Part shown: positions 23,789-36,775 of the stretch, piece by piece
Layout: each line of letters starts with the position of its first letter
How positions within the stretch are numbered: the stretch's first letter is position 1
Assembly (NCBI GenBank): GCA_043228905.1
Contig: JBHGNT010000022.1
Coordinates: 5,332,001 to 5,396,000, forward strand
Reading direction: 5' to 3'
DNA from: Azolla caroliniana
Taxonomy: Eukaryota; Plantae; Polypodiophyta
DNA: 64,000 nucleotides
Notes under the pieces: generated by a model
Told to the model about the DNA's origin: nothing
Databases searched by the model: none
What the model saw: the letters and a program-made list of their open reading frames with translations, nothing else
Translations under genes and position numbers: made by a program

Positions 23789-26700
23789 TGACAGGGAAAT
23801 ACGCGGAATAATCTCCAGTCACAACCAAAGCGTAGATCACTTGATAACAATCGAACATAGAGGAAATAGGAATAGAGGTAAGAACCCGAACAGAAAGGAG
23901 AATATACAGGATGTTAACGTGGAAAACCCTGAGAGGGAAAAACCACGGAAGTCCACAGACTCCAAACTATCACTATGCCAACAATTACAATAGGGAGCAC
24001 AAAGGCAACGACCTCCTGCTCACGATCTTCGCATGGTGGCGGTTACAACAGAGACATGCTCTGTATCGCTCTCTCTCTCTCTCTCTCTCTATACAGTTGT
24101 TACACCAAAATTACACACACGCACACAACTACTGAGTTTGCCGTAGGTCATATTTATACTAATATGACTTTCGGCTATTTACAAAATATAGCCCCAATGG
24201 GCTCTTTGGAACATATTTACATATATGTCCCTTCATCCGGTGAGAGGTTCTCACCGGGCCTGCAACATCCGGTTCTCACTGTTCTTCTCACTTCCCATCC
24301 GGAGGCTCAACACTGTTCTTCTCACTTCCCATCTGGAGGGACCTGTTTCCTAACAAACTCCCCCTTCACTTCGGCATGGGATGTCTTACTAGTCCGATCC
24401 GCTTCCGACATGCATCTAGCTTGTCGGGTATCAGTACTTTGGTCAGCATATCTGACCCGTTCTCGGCCGTGTGGATTTTCATCAACACGAACTCTCGATC
24501 TTCTACTCGTCCTAGAATGATACGCTGCGTTCTTAGCAAGGTGGATGGCACTTTGACTGTCACAATAGAGCCGATATTCATCTTGCCGGATACCGAGCTC
24601 ACCGATGAAGTCCTTCATCCATAATATTTCCTTGCGGGCTTCCACAGCCACCATGTAATCCGCTTCCGTGGTTGACAACGCAACCGTCTTCTGCAACCTC
24701 AACTGCCACGAAACAGCTCCCACAGCATATGTCATTACATACCCGGATGTAGACCGGCTAGTATCCACATCAGCCGACATGTCCGAATCGGTAAAACCGT
24801 CAAGTTGAGGTTTACTAGAGCCGAATCAGAGACACATATTCGAAGTGCCCTTCAAGTAACGGAGTATCCATTTGACCGTGTTCCAATGCTCCTTGCCGGG
24901 ATTGCTCATAAACTGGCTCACCACTCCGACTGCATATCCAATATCCGGCCGAGTACACACCATTGCGTACATCAAGCTCCCGACGGCAGAGGCATATGGA
25001 ACCTTCACCATATCCGCCTTCTCTGCTTTCGTCTTCGGGCTTTGCTTACCGGATAGTCTGCAGTTTGCCGGGAGTGTCGATCCGACCGGTTTTGCTTCTA
25101 ACATGTTGAACCACTGAAGCACCTTTGTCACGTATTTCTCCTGTGACAACCACAATTGCTTCTTTGACCGGTCCCGGATGATGTGCATCCCCAATATCTG
25201 TCTTGCCGGGCCCAAGTCTTTCATTGAGAAAGTTCGGTTGAGAGCCTTCTTCAACATCCGTATTTTGGCTTGGTCCCGTCCGACGATCAATATGTCGTCC
25301 ACACACAGAAGGAGTATCAGGAAGTCGCCTCCTTCGAACTTCTTCACAAACACGTAGTGATTGGTTTGCATTTTGTGATACCCTTGGTCGGTCATGAAGG
25401 AGTCGAACTTCTGGTACCATTGTCAGGGAGCCTGCTTCAGTCCGTACAGGCTCTTCTTCAACCGGCAAACTAGGTGCTCCTTCCCTTTCTCCACGAATCC
25501 TTCCGGTTGCTGCATGTAGATCTCCTCTTTGAGGTCACCGTGAAGGAATGTTGTCTTCACGTCCAACTGCTCTACCTCGAGGTCCATGCTTTCCACTATG
25601 CTCAGCACCATCCGGATGGAAGTCATCTTTACTACCGGGGCACATATCTCATCGAAGTCCACACCCTTCTTCTGCTGGAACCCCTTCACCACAATCCTGG
25701 CTTTGTACCTTGGAGGGTTGCCGACATCTCCCGGTTTCAACTTGTACACCCACTTGTTTCGTAGTGCCCTCTTTCCTTTTGGAAACTCCACCAATTCATA
25801 CGTGTGGTTCTCATGCAAGGAATCCATCTCGTCTTGCATGGCACTCAACCACTTGTGGCTATTGGTGTCATCCTTTGCTTCTTCGAAGCTTTCTGGCTCC
25901 CCCTCATTGGTCCGCACCACATGCTCTGCATCTGGAAATCTCTGGGGGGCCCTTCTCTCTCTGAGAGGTTATCTCCGTCTTTGGCTTTCGGCAACCGGCT
26001 CCTCTATTTGTTCATCATCCAAATCCAATTCGGGGTCTTGGCCGGTTCTGGTTTCACCTATTCCTTCTTCTCCGGCCTGTTTTGTCTCCTTACCGTCACC
26101 GGCCGGTTCATCGAGTGCTAACCGGTCTCTTGCCGGTTGGGTTTGCTCATCGTAGAATCGATCCTTACCGGTCGACTCGGAGTTCATAATCTTCTTCTCC
26201 GACTCCAAGTCGGCGAGCGTCTTGTCCTCCATGAAGATAATATCTCGACTCCGGAATACCTTCTTGTCGGCCAGGTCCCACACTCGGTAGCCGAACTCAT
26301 TGTCGCCATAACCGAGGAATATGCATGGCCGGGTCTTTGGATCCAACTTTCCTCTCTGGTCCTTAGCTACATGCACGTACATGAGACACCTGAACACCTT
26401 CAGATGCCGGTAGGACACTTCCTTACCGGTCCATACTCTCTGTGGCGTGTCTCCGTCCAAGGGTACTGAGGGTGATCTGTTTATCACGTATGTCGCCGTC
26501 GACAGTGCCTCAACCCAAAACATCTTGGGTAATTTTGCATGTACCAGCATACTCCGGACCCTCTCCATTATGGTCCGGTTCATCCTCTCAGCTAGCCCGT
26601 TTAGTTCCGACGTCTTCGGCACGGAAAATTCAAGCCGGATTCCCTTCGAGCGGCAATACTCCTCGAACTGCCCCCGGTATTCTCCTTCGTTATCTGCTCG

Positions 26701-28943
26701 AACCGCCTTCAGCTTCCGACTGGTTTCTCTTTCCACTCTCGCGTGGAGCTCTTTGAAGACGGATAGCACCTGATCCTTCGTCTTCAACGGTGTGGCCCAC
26801 AACTTCCGGTTGTGGTCATCTATGAACGTCACGAAGTACTGCGATCCGGCATGTGACTTCGTGTCCACTTGACACGGATCAGTATGCACCAACTCCAGTG
26901 GTGCATTACGTCTAATCGGTGGCCTTGATCGGAAGGAGGTCCGGTTTTGTTTACCAGCTAGGCAGTCAATGCACCTCTCAAGATGCACGTTCTTCAACGG
27001 AATGAGGTTGTCATCGGCAAGCCTCTTCATCCCCTTCACGCTCATATGACACAATCTCTTGTGCCACAACTCACCGGCAGTGTCGGAAGCCACATTCACT
27101 TCTTCCGGGCATAACCGGGCATTCATCAGGCACAACATGTTGACCTTCCGGTCCCGAGCCACTATCAGGCTCCCTTTGCTGAATTTCATGACTCCGTTCC
27201 GGATGCTACCCGTGTAGCCTTCATTATCTAGCCAACGGGCTGATATCAGGTTCAGTCGAACCTCCGGAACGTGTCGGACATCCTTCAGCAACAGCTTGCA
27301 TCCGGTTGGTGTTGTCAACCACACGCTTCATATGCCGACAATTTGGCATGTACCTTCATTCCCGATCTGGACACAGCCGTGATCACTGACTGTGTAGGAT
27401 GAGAAGTATTTACGGTCCGGGGTAAGGTGGAATGACACTCCAGAATCAACAACCCACGTTGTGTCGTCGCCGGCAAGGTTCAACTCACTCTCCTCGGTGA
27501 TGAGCATCAACTCTTCTTCACTTGCCGCGATTGCCGTCGTTCCCTTCCGGTCTGGCCCCCTCCGGTCTTTACCGTTCCGGTCCAATGTCCGCTTTGAATT
27601 GGTACCGTTGGTTTCCTTGTCTTTTCGGAAGTGCCGACAGTTCTTCTGGAAGTGTCCCGACTTGCCGCAATAGAAGCAGATAGGCTTCCCCCTTGACTTT
27701 AACCGTGTCCCTGACTTTTCCCGGTTCTGGGGACTACGGTTCCTTTGTCTTCCGCGTTCCGATTCGGTAAGGAGCACTTTCGAGTCAGAGCTCGTATCCT
27801 TGTCTTTCCGACGCGCCTCCTCATATAGCAAGCTCGACTTCACTCTTGCTAGGGATAATCGTTTCCCTTCCGGCCCGGCGTTGCCCAAAGTGACAACCAA
27901 CGTCTCCCAGCTATCTGGGAGGGAACCGAGTAGGAGTAGTGCTAGTACCTCATCGGCAAGAGGTACTTCCAATGATGCTGCCTAGTGGATCAGCCCCTAG
28001 AAAGCATTCATGTGCTCCGTCATGCTGGAGCCATCTTGGTACCGGAGTCTTACTAGCTTCCGAAATACCGACACCTGATTAACAACATTTTTGTTCTGAA
28101 ACATAATGCCGATCCAGAGCTCATGAGCCTTGCTCTCTTCATTGAAGTTGTTGTATAGACTCATGTCGATGAAGCACTATATGTACGCAGTTGTCTTCAT
28201 GTGCATCACCTCCCATATAGTGGTGTCGATTTTGTCCGGTCTTTTGTCCCCGAACTGAACCAGCAACCAAAGATCTTTGACCACGAGCATGTCCGTCATC
28301 TTCGACTTCCACACTGAGTAGTTGGAGCCGGTGAGCTTGAACATGCCTCCCAACGAATCGTCCATTTTTTTTGTGTCGTTTCGCTCTGATACCAATTGAT
28401 AGGGAAATACGCGGATTAATCTCCGGTCACAACTGAAGCGTAGATCACTTGATAACAATCAAACACAGAAGAAATGGGAATAGAGGTAAGTACCCGAACA
28501 GAAAGGAGAATACATAGGATGTTAACGTGGAAAACCCTGAGAGGGAAAAACCACGGGTGTCCACAGACTCCAAACTATCACTATGCCAACAATTACAACA
28601 GGGAGCACAGAGACAACGACCTCCTACTCACGATCTTCGCCTGGCAGCGGTTACAACAGAGACATCTGTCTCTCTCTCTATACAATCGTTACACCAAAAT
28701 TACACACACGCACACAACTACTGAGTTTGCCCTAGGTCATATTTATACTAATATGACTTTCGGCTATCTACAAAATATAGCCCCAGTGGGCTCTTTGGAA
28801 CATATTTACATATATGTCCCTTCATCCGGTGAGAGGTTCTCACCGGGTCTTCCGTTGCCGGGTACTCCACATCCGGATTCGGCCGAGTTGCTCATCAACA
28901 CTGTTCTTCTCACTTCCCATCCGGAGGGACCTGTTTCCTAACA
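23789..28943 (-). mobile_element. Full-length Ty1/copia element inserted in the chromovirus 5' LTR
   Basis: TSD CATAT at 23784-23788 and 28944-28948; LTRs 23789-24355 and 28397-28943; PBS TGGTATCAGAGC (tRNA-iMet) 28383-28394; PPT 24356-24370. Confidence 0.95.
24366..28365 (-). pseudogene. gag-pol: Copia gag-pol with stops and a small RNase H deletion
   Basis: ORF pieces: gag, CFYCGKSGHFQKNC, WVVDSG protease, integrase, RT (YKARIVVKG, CVDD), RNase H (SADVDT...). Confidence 0.92.
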
Positions 28944-29855
28944 CATATAAGACTCGGTATGTAAGACTCAGTATGTAAGACTTGGCATGCAAGAATTAGT
29001 ATGCTTGATATTATAGTATGTAAGACTTGGCATGAGCATGCTTATCGTGTATCACTACATGTATAAAAAGGGTTGATCTCTCTTGTTAACATCAAGGAGG
29101 TCAATACCAATCATGGAATAGATATTATTACTCATTGTCATCAACTTCTCCATCTCTCTATCTCATCAACTTCCCCATCTCTTTATCTTCCAATTGTTCA
29201 TTCGGAACAGATTGATCTCCTCCCTTCTTTTTCTTCTTTTTCAATACACTATCATGGCAGAATCATCTTATAACCTTGAGCGGCCTTGCAACAAATCCAA
29301 CATGAGAATGTGAACTTGCGAAACCCTGTTCAAGAACTTCAGGCAACCACAAGGGTTATACCTCACTCGATTGTTGACCTTTCTTCTGTAGAACTCAATG
29401 TCAGCTTGCCAAATAAATTCGATGGAACAAGGTCACGGTTAAGAGGCTTCATCAACCGTAACCACCTTATTATTCTTCTTCAGCCCCGATGATATTATGA
29501 TGGCTTTCGACAAGCTGGGCTCATTGGCACATTGCTGACAGGACAAGCGCAAGCATGGTTTTCCCCTCTGGTGGAGACTTCTTCGCCTCTCTTGAATGAC
29601 TTCCAAGCATTTCATACCGAATTTGAGGCAACTTTCGAGGATACTGAAAAATGATGAACCACAATCAACAAACGATATGCATTACAACAAGGAGAACATG
29701 CAGCATCAATCTATGCATCTGAATTTTATAAGCTCGCGTGCGATGTTGAATGGGACGGACAAGCCCTCCTCGATCAATTCCGTCGAGGACTACGGGGTGA
29801 GATAAAAAATATTTTTCTCAACTTTCCTGAGCCCACATCTTTGAATGAGGTTATT

Positions 29856-31168
29856 TGTCACAGACACACCAAGCGCCGACTGGGACGGAGCATGGATGAT
29901 GGGGCTACAAGCGACAAGCTACGAACTTGGAGCTGGAAGTGACGAGGCTAGGAACTCTAGAAGTTGTGAGTGACATGAGAGCATGAACACAGAGACGAAG
30001 AAGGAGACAAGATGGAATGAAACGAGAATACTGGGTTGATGTGTGAATGACTGGTGTTGAATCCCTTGAGAGGGACCAAGGAGATTAAAGGTATTTAGTA
30101 TTTATACATGTTTGTGGGCATTACATATAGTTCCATGCAGGAGCTTCTAAAAACTCCTAGAACTTGGAATAGATAATCTACTAAGATATGCATAATACGC
30201 CTATGTATTTGTATGTGTTGGTTAGAACAAAACACTTGACTATATACAAGAGGTGAAGAGTTCGAATCTTGACATGACTATTGTCATGTCTATGACATTA
30301 TCCTCCCCTTTACGGCCGCCTTTTTGAAAGCGTGGTGTAGGGGTGACCTGAAAGAGAAAACCGAAGTACGTTGAGGAGTGAGTGACCATATGAGTAGTCC
30401 TCACCCGGAGACTGGAACAACCATGTACGGTCCTCATCGGGCACAAGGTCGCTCACGCCCGTTGCTGTTCGTGTCTTCGGTGAGGACCGCACATGGTTGC
30501 TTACATCTATTGGTATCCCAGTCTCTAGTGAGAACCGTACATGTTCGCTCACGCCCATTGGTATTCTAGTTCCCGATGAGGACTGTACATGTCGCTCATG
30601 CGGGTTGGTGTTCTAGTCTCCGGTGAGGACTGCTCATGGTCACTCACTCCTCAACCTACTTTAGTTTTCTCTTTCAGCCCACCCCTACACCACGCTTGCC
30701 GTAAAAGGGAGGATAGTGTCGTAGACATGACAATAGTCATGTCAAGATTCGAACTCTTCACCTCTTGTATATAGTCCAGTGGTTTGTTCTAACCAACACA
30801 TACAAATACATAGTCATGTTATGCATATCTTAGTAGATTATCTATTTCAAGTTCTAGGAGTTTTAAGAAGCTTCTAGAAACCTCCAGAAGCTTCTGCATG
30901 AGAATGGTTCTATGCATGGAATTACATGTAGTGCCCACATACATGGCCCCTTTCAAGGGATTCAACACCAGTCATTCACACATCAACCTAGTATTCTCGT
31001 TTCATTCCATATTGTCTCCTTCTTCATCGATGTGTTCATGCTCTCATGTCACTCACAACTTCTGGAGTTCCTAGCCTCATCACTTCTAGCTCCAAGTTTG
31101 TGTAGCCTGTCGCTTGTAGCCCCATCATCGGTGCTCCATCCCAGTTTGCGCTCGGTGTGTCTGTGACA
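29856..31168. mobile_element. Fold-back insert: two LTR+PPT 3' ends in inverted orientation
   Basis: 29856-~30420 is the imperfect reverse complement of ~30605-31168; LTRs 29856-30297 (-) and 30717-31168 (+), each with an inner PPT; degenerate 5-bp TSD TTATT/CTAAT; host gag frame rejoins (SLNEVI|SQAMCCDNHLFE). Confidence 0.85.
30423..30640. repeat. ~50-bp tandem repeat (core GGTGAGGACCGTACATG) at the centre of the fold-back unit
   Basis: About four plus-strand copies and inverted partial copies; a similar GGTGAGGACC motif occurs in the host PR-RT linker at 32056-32130. Confidence 0.7.
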
Positions 31169-32262
31169 CTAATTCCCAAGCTATGTGCTGCGATAACCAT
31201 CTCTTTGAGTTCCGGAAAGAGGAACTTCCTAACTGGATTCATCCACCTTGGCCATCTACTATACCAAGTCACCTACCGCGGTCGAGAACCCTGCCTCCCA
31301 TATCATCCTCCACTTCATCTTCAACTCCTGCCATAGAGTCTAGCTCCCCAATGGAGATCAATCGAATTCACTATCGACCATTGACTAACACACAACGACA
31401 ACATCAACGGACCAAAAATTTATGTCTCTATTGTGGAAGCCCCGACCATTTGATTCGCTCTTGCCCAAAAAGGGGACCCCGTCAAACACCACATCGTGTG
31501 GATGGGGTTGACATTTTTTGTCAACGGGAAAAATCCAATGTCCAGTTGCAGTAGGGGTTGTGCATCTGGATCACAATAGTCAGCAATTGTGTAAAGGGCC
31601 CAATCAACCAACTTCCTCGACAACAAGCTTCACGCTTCCGATCACTCTTTAGTTTGGCTCTACCACTCTGAAGACAAAAGCTTTGTTGGATTATAGGGCT
31701 ACGTTGTGCTTTATTGACATCATGTTTGCACGGACACACAACATTCCAAGCAACAAAATAATTGTCCCGATTCTAGTGGAAGTGATTGACAGTTGAACTC
31801 TCTCTTCTGGTGCAATCACAAATAGAACAATTCCCTTGAGTCTCCACATGGGAGCCCACCAGGAAGAAATCATTTTTAACCTCATCACATCACCTCGACA
31901 TCCTATCATCTTGGGGTTATCATGGCTCGAGACTCACAATCTAATCGTGGATTGGCGATCTTGCTCCATCAACTTCCCCTCGAATTCTCGCCCACTAGAG
32001 ATTACTTCCCCTCTTCTTTGAGCCAATGCTCCACCATTTGTTTCGCTGCCTACACCGGTGAGGACCGTGTCAACGGTTGCTCCCACGTACGTTTCGGGGA
32101 CAACTCCCATTTCTGCTTCGGTGAGGACCACCTTAGTGGTCACTACCATTTCCTCTTTAGCAAGAACCATGCCAACGGTTGCTCCAATAGAAACAACATT
32201 GATAGTTACAACTGCGTCGGCCTCAGAAGCAGTTTCCACTCTTGGTTAGGTAAAGTGATACA

Positions 32263-35130
32263 ATGTTAATTGCATCCATTTCTAATTTTAAGGACATGGT
32301 GATCATGTCCACTCTACACATTTCCCTATGTACTAGCTCTTTTCCATCAAAATACAATGATTTCTCTGATGTATTTGAGAAGAAAAATGATGATCGCTTA
32401 CCGGAACATCGCCCATACGATTTGCCACTTGACTTGAAAGATGGCGCTTGTCCTCCTTTTGGCCCTATCTATGGGTTATATGAACCTGAACTCAAGTCCC
32501 TCAAAATATACATTGAAGAGAATCTCGCGAAGGGATTCATTCGGCACTCAAAATCTCAAGTTGGCTCTCCTATTCTATTTGTCAAAAAGAAAGATGGAAC
32601 GTTATGTCTAGGTATCGACTATCGCAGGCTCAATCGAGTTATTGTTCGAAACCGCTATCCCCTACCTCTAATCCCTGACCTCCTCGACCGACTTCGGGAT
32701 GGGCGTATATTCTCCAAAATCGATCTCAGAGGCACCTACAACTTGGTGCGTATCAAGCCTAGAGATGAGTGGAAAATGGCATTTCGAACCAGGTACAAGC
32801 ATTTTGAATACATGGTAATGCCATTTGCTCTCACAAACACTCCTTCTGTTTTTCAGCATATGATGAATGACATCTTCTGAGAATATCTGGACCAATTTGG
32901 GTCATCTATCTCGACAACATACTTATCTTCTCACAAGACTACAGAGAGCACACCAAGCACGTTCGACTTATCCTGTCCAAACTTCGGGAACATGGACTTT
33001 ACGCGAAACTTGAGAAGTCTGAGTTTGATCCAAACTTCAGGAACCTCAATGGAATTCCTCGGATATGCCATTTCATTTGATGGTCTCACTATGAACAAGA
33101 AGAAAGTCGCAATGGTTCAAGGAGTGGGAAGTCCCCACCAGGGTCAAGGATGTGCAATCATTTTTGGGTTTTGCCAACTTCTATGGTTGATTCATTCAAG
33201 GATTCTCCACATTGGTGCAACCACTTATAACACTCATTCGGAAGGATTCCCCTTTTTGCCGGACTTCTACAACCCAACTAGCATTTGATACACTAAAGAA
33301 AGCTTTTACCTCGGCTCCAATACTTCTACACCTAGATCTGACCAAACCATTTACGATCGAAACTAATGCCTCTACCCAGTTTACGACAAAGAACTCTCTG
33401 CCATTATTGTCGCCTTTGAAGAATGGCATCCTTACTTGGCGGGCGCCCAACACCGTGTCCAGGTTGTGACCGATCACAAGAACCTCATTTACTTCACCAC
33501 TACTCACATTTTGAACCGGAGGCAAGCACGATGGTCGACCTTCTTGGTTGATTACGACTTTGAAATTGTTTTTCGTTCTGGTGCCCAACATGGTAAAGCC
33601 AATGCCCTATCTTTGCATTCGGAATTTGAAATCTGACCAAGAGATGCGACCTACAATCGACAATGATGTTGTCTCCTACAACCACATCAGATTCAACTGT
33701 TTGCAGCTTATACGGGCACAGATGAATCATTACTCAATGCAATAGCCATAGATACTGTCATTGACAAATTTATAAAAGAGATTAAGGAGAATCCAGTCAA
33801 CAACTCAACCATAAAGGAGGTACGGAGTATTCATGACCAATTTATGTTTCGGGATGGTTTTTTTTTCTGGGCAACTTAATGTATGTCCCAATGGTCCTTG
33901 TCGTATCCCTACTGTGAAGGAATGCCATGATGATGCCCTAGCTGGATATTTTGGCGTTGCAAAAACTTTGGAGTTAATCTCAAGAAGTTAATGGTGGCCA
34001 CAACCTTGGAAACTTGTTAAAAAATTCATGAAAACATGTGATACATGTGCCCGCGCCAAAGTAGTACATCATCGTCCCTACGGTCTACTTCAACCTCTAC
34101 CAATTCCAAGTAGGCCCAAAGATGGCGGTTGAGGGATTCAATTCTGTATTGGTGGTGGTTGACAGATTCCCAAAGATGGCGCATTTTATTCCATGTTCTA
34201 AAGCAATTTCAGGGATGGAAACAACAGATCTATTGTTAACAGATATTGTGCACCTTCACGGTTTACCGGATGACATTATCTCTGATCGAGGTCCCCAATT
34301 TATGTCTCATTTCTGGAAACGCCTCTTCCAAACTCTTGGAACTTCCACAAAATTTTCGACAGCCTTCCATCCTAAGAGAAACGGCCAAATAGAATGAGTA
34401 AATCAGATCCTAGAGCAATATCTTCGATGTATGATAAGTTATCAACAAGATGATTGGATCAAATTTCTTCCAATAGCTGAGTTCGCCTACAACAATACTC
34501 TCCACATATCAACTAGTGTAACACCCTTTTTCGCAAATTATTGGTTCCACCCACGCTTTAGCATAGCTATCCCTACTGGTTGTGTGAATCCATCTGATGA
34601 AGAACGAGCTCATCTGATGAAAGGAGTTTTTCATGACCTATCCCTAGAACTCTCCATTGCTTAGGAATGACCCAAAGCAAAGGTTGATCGACATCGGCGG
34701 GTTGCACCTGGTTTTAATGTCGGTGACATGGTCTGGCTATTACGTTGGCATATCCCGACAACTCACCCATGCAACAAACTTGATTACAAAAAGTTGGGTC
34801 TGTTCCGCATCATTGTCAAAGTCAACCTTGTGGCTTTCCATCTTGCTCTTCCATCACACTACCTTATTCACAATGTCTTCCGTGCATCAGTTCTTGAGAT
34901 CTATCATCCATCCTCAATTCCTGGAAGAAGCATCGAGCCACCACCTCCTGTGCCTTTGGCGACCGGGGATGAGTATGAAGTCGAGACCATTCTAGACTCG
35001 CGCTAGAGCCGACGGAAGCTCCAATATCTAGACTTGTGGAAAGGATATCCCATCTCTGAGGCCACATGGGAGCCCACTAGAAATTTACGCAATGCCTTAG
35101 AAGTGGTTCATGATTTTCATCTCTGAAATC
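32263..35130 (+). pseudogene. pol: Chromovirus pol (RT, RNase H, integrase, chromodomain), fragmented
   Basis: ORFs 32263-32880 ([20 protein letters not shown]), 33212-33636, 34122-34664, 34728-35006. Confidence 0.9.
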
Positions 35131-35826
35131 CTCACAAACCCACAACTTCTTGAAGTCCACGATTAAGGGGAGGATAATGTCATGAACATCGAATTTGAGC
35201 CATAGGTCCTTGTATATATATATTTCTCCTAGAAAAACTTTAGACTTTAAACCTTTGTATAAAGAGTGGTATGTAAGACTCAGTATGTAAGACTTGGCAT
35301 GCAAGAATTAGTATGCTTGACATTATAGTATGTAAGACTTGGCATGAGCATGCTTATCATGCATCACTACATGTATAAAAAGGGTTGATCTCCCTTGTTA
35401 ACATCAAGGAGATCAACACCAGTCATGGAATAGATATTATTACTCATTGTCATCAACTTCTCCATCTCTCTATCTCATCAACTTCCCCATCTCTTTATCT
35501 TCCATTTGTTCATCCATGACTGCCATATTGAAATAGACGTTTTCGGCCAGATGCATACGAATGGTCGACATGGCTATCTCATTCAATGAGCGCCATTCTT
35601 CTACTGTCATTGTGGTTGGCTTCTTGGTGTGTCATATTGCCTCGATTCCTGCATCATCTCCTTCCATAGGAATTATTTTTTCCGTTGAGCTTTCTGATTT
35701 CAACCCTTGTACGGGATGTTGAAGCCATGTTCTCTTTTGAAAGTGAGATTTTACTGATCTAGTCTTTTCTTTTAGCTCTTTCAACTATTTTGTTGCCGCT
35801 GAACAACAAGTTTCTCTGATACCAGT

Positions 35827-36192
35827 TGAAGGATAGGTGTTCTGAATAACAATAATAAACTTTGAGCACCTTGGTTGAATTACAATACACAAGCTGATTC
35901 CTGTTAAATGCTAAAGAAGCTGGTTGTGTACAAAACAGAATTTGAAGGCATAAAAGAAAATTTTCTAGTCAAAGCAGGTTGATGTGTACAACAAACAACA
36001 CAGAAAATATGACAGAAGATGAAATAGAAGCGTAGACACAGTTTGAAGCTCTAATGGAAGCTTTGTTATATCTTTCTCGCTATGTAACTCTTACACTCCA
36101 AGACTCAAGATACAAGATCACTCGTTACAATGTTAGGGTTGAGCTTATATTCTCAAGCCCTAACTTCAAGGAGTCGGCCTTTTATGCCAACA
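35827..36192 (-). repeat. Probable 5' LTR of the host copia
   Basis: Reads TGTTGG...TCA on the minus strand and abuts the iMet PBS; no partner LTR found, so the outer limit is inferred. Confidence 0.6.
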
Positions 36193-36775
36193 AGCGAGGG
36201 TGAAGAAACTTAATATTGTTGTATGTATGTGTAATGTATACGATTATGAGTGTGAATGTAAGTGTGAGTGTGAGTTGATAGATAAGAAGAGGTGTGAGTG
36301 ATTAGTGTGAATGGCCAAGGGGGCTTGCACCCCTATGTATCTACCCATTTTGTACCTATTTAAACCCCATATGGGGAATGAATGAAACATGAAAAAGTTC
36401 TCTCTTAATCTCTCTTTCTCTGTCTTTGACACCTTTTCTCTTATCTCTCCTTCCCTCACGTTTAAACCCTTGGGAGGGGGGTGGAGCCATTCTAGGCACC
36501 ACCCCCCACCCTACAGTGCTTATCAATCTCGCCATCACATCAATCATAATCACTAACATCATCATTTCTAATCCTATTCCTATCTTGATCAACATTATCA
36601 TTAACCCTAACCCTAAAACCCGCAAGACTATTTTGGCCGAACGACGATCGAATAGACATGGATGGACCGAACAGACTGTTACATTACTAGATGTATGGAG
36701 AGTTGAGGGTGATGGGTGAGGGTGAAGAGACTTAATGTTGTTGTATGTATGTGTAATGTATACGATTATGAGTGT

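Larger units (their letters stand above)
23673..35521 (+). mobile_element. Decayed Tcn1-like chromovirus (Ty3/gypsy)
   Basis: TSD GCCAT at 23668-23672 and 35522-35526; 5' LTR 23673-23788 plus 28949-~29203; 3' LTR 35178-35521; PPT 35165-35177; gag LPNKFDG, knuckle CLYCGSPDHLIRSC, RT, RH, IN and chromodomain (EYEVETILDSR...WKGY...TWEP) with many stops. Confidence 0.9.
4600..36192 (-). mobile_element. Host Ty1/copia element (outermost of nest 1), decayed, truncated within integrase
   Basis: Segments 4600-5692 (integrase LELIHTNIC...YFITFVDD; protease WLLDTGATFHMT), 22996-23672 (gag, LLSSLPTSWEVF) and 35527-35824 (gag N-terminus). Frames rejoin across both insertions (IEEFLYSVQ|DLHTWLLDTG and AENVYFNMA|KEKTTFSLWEKL). 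PBS TGGTATCAGAG at 35814-35824. No RT or 3' LTR found. Confidence 0.85.
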
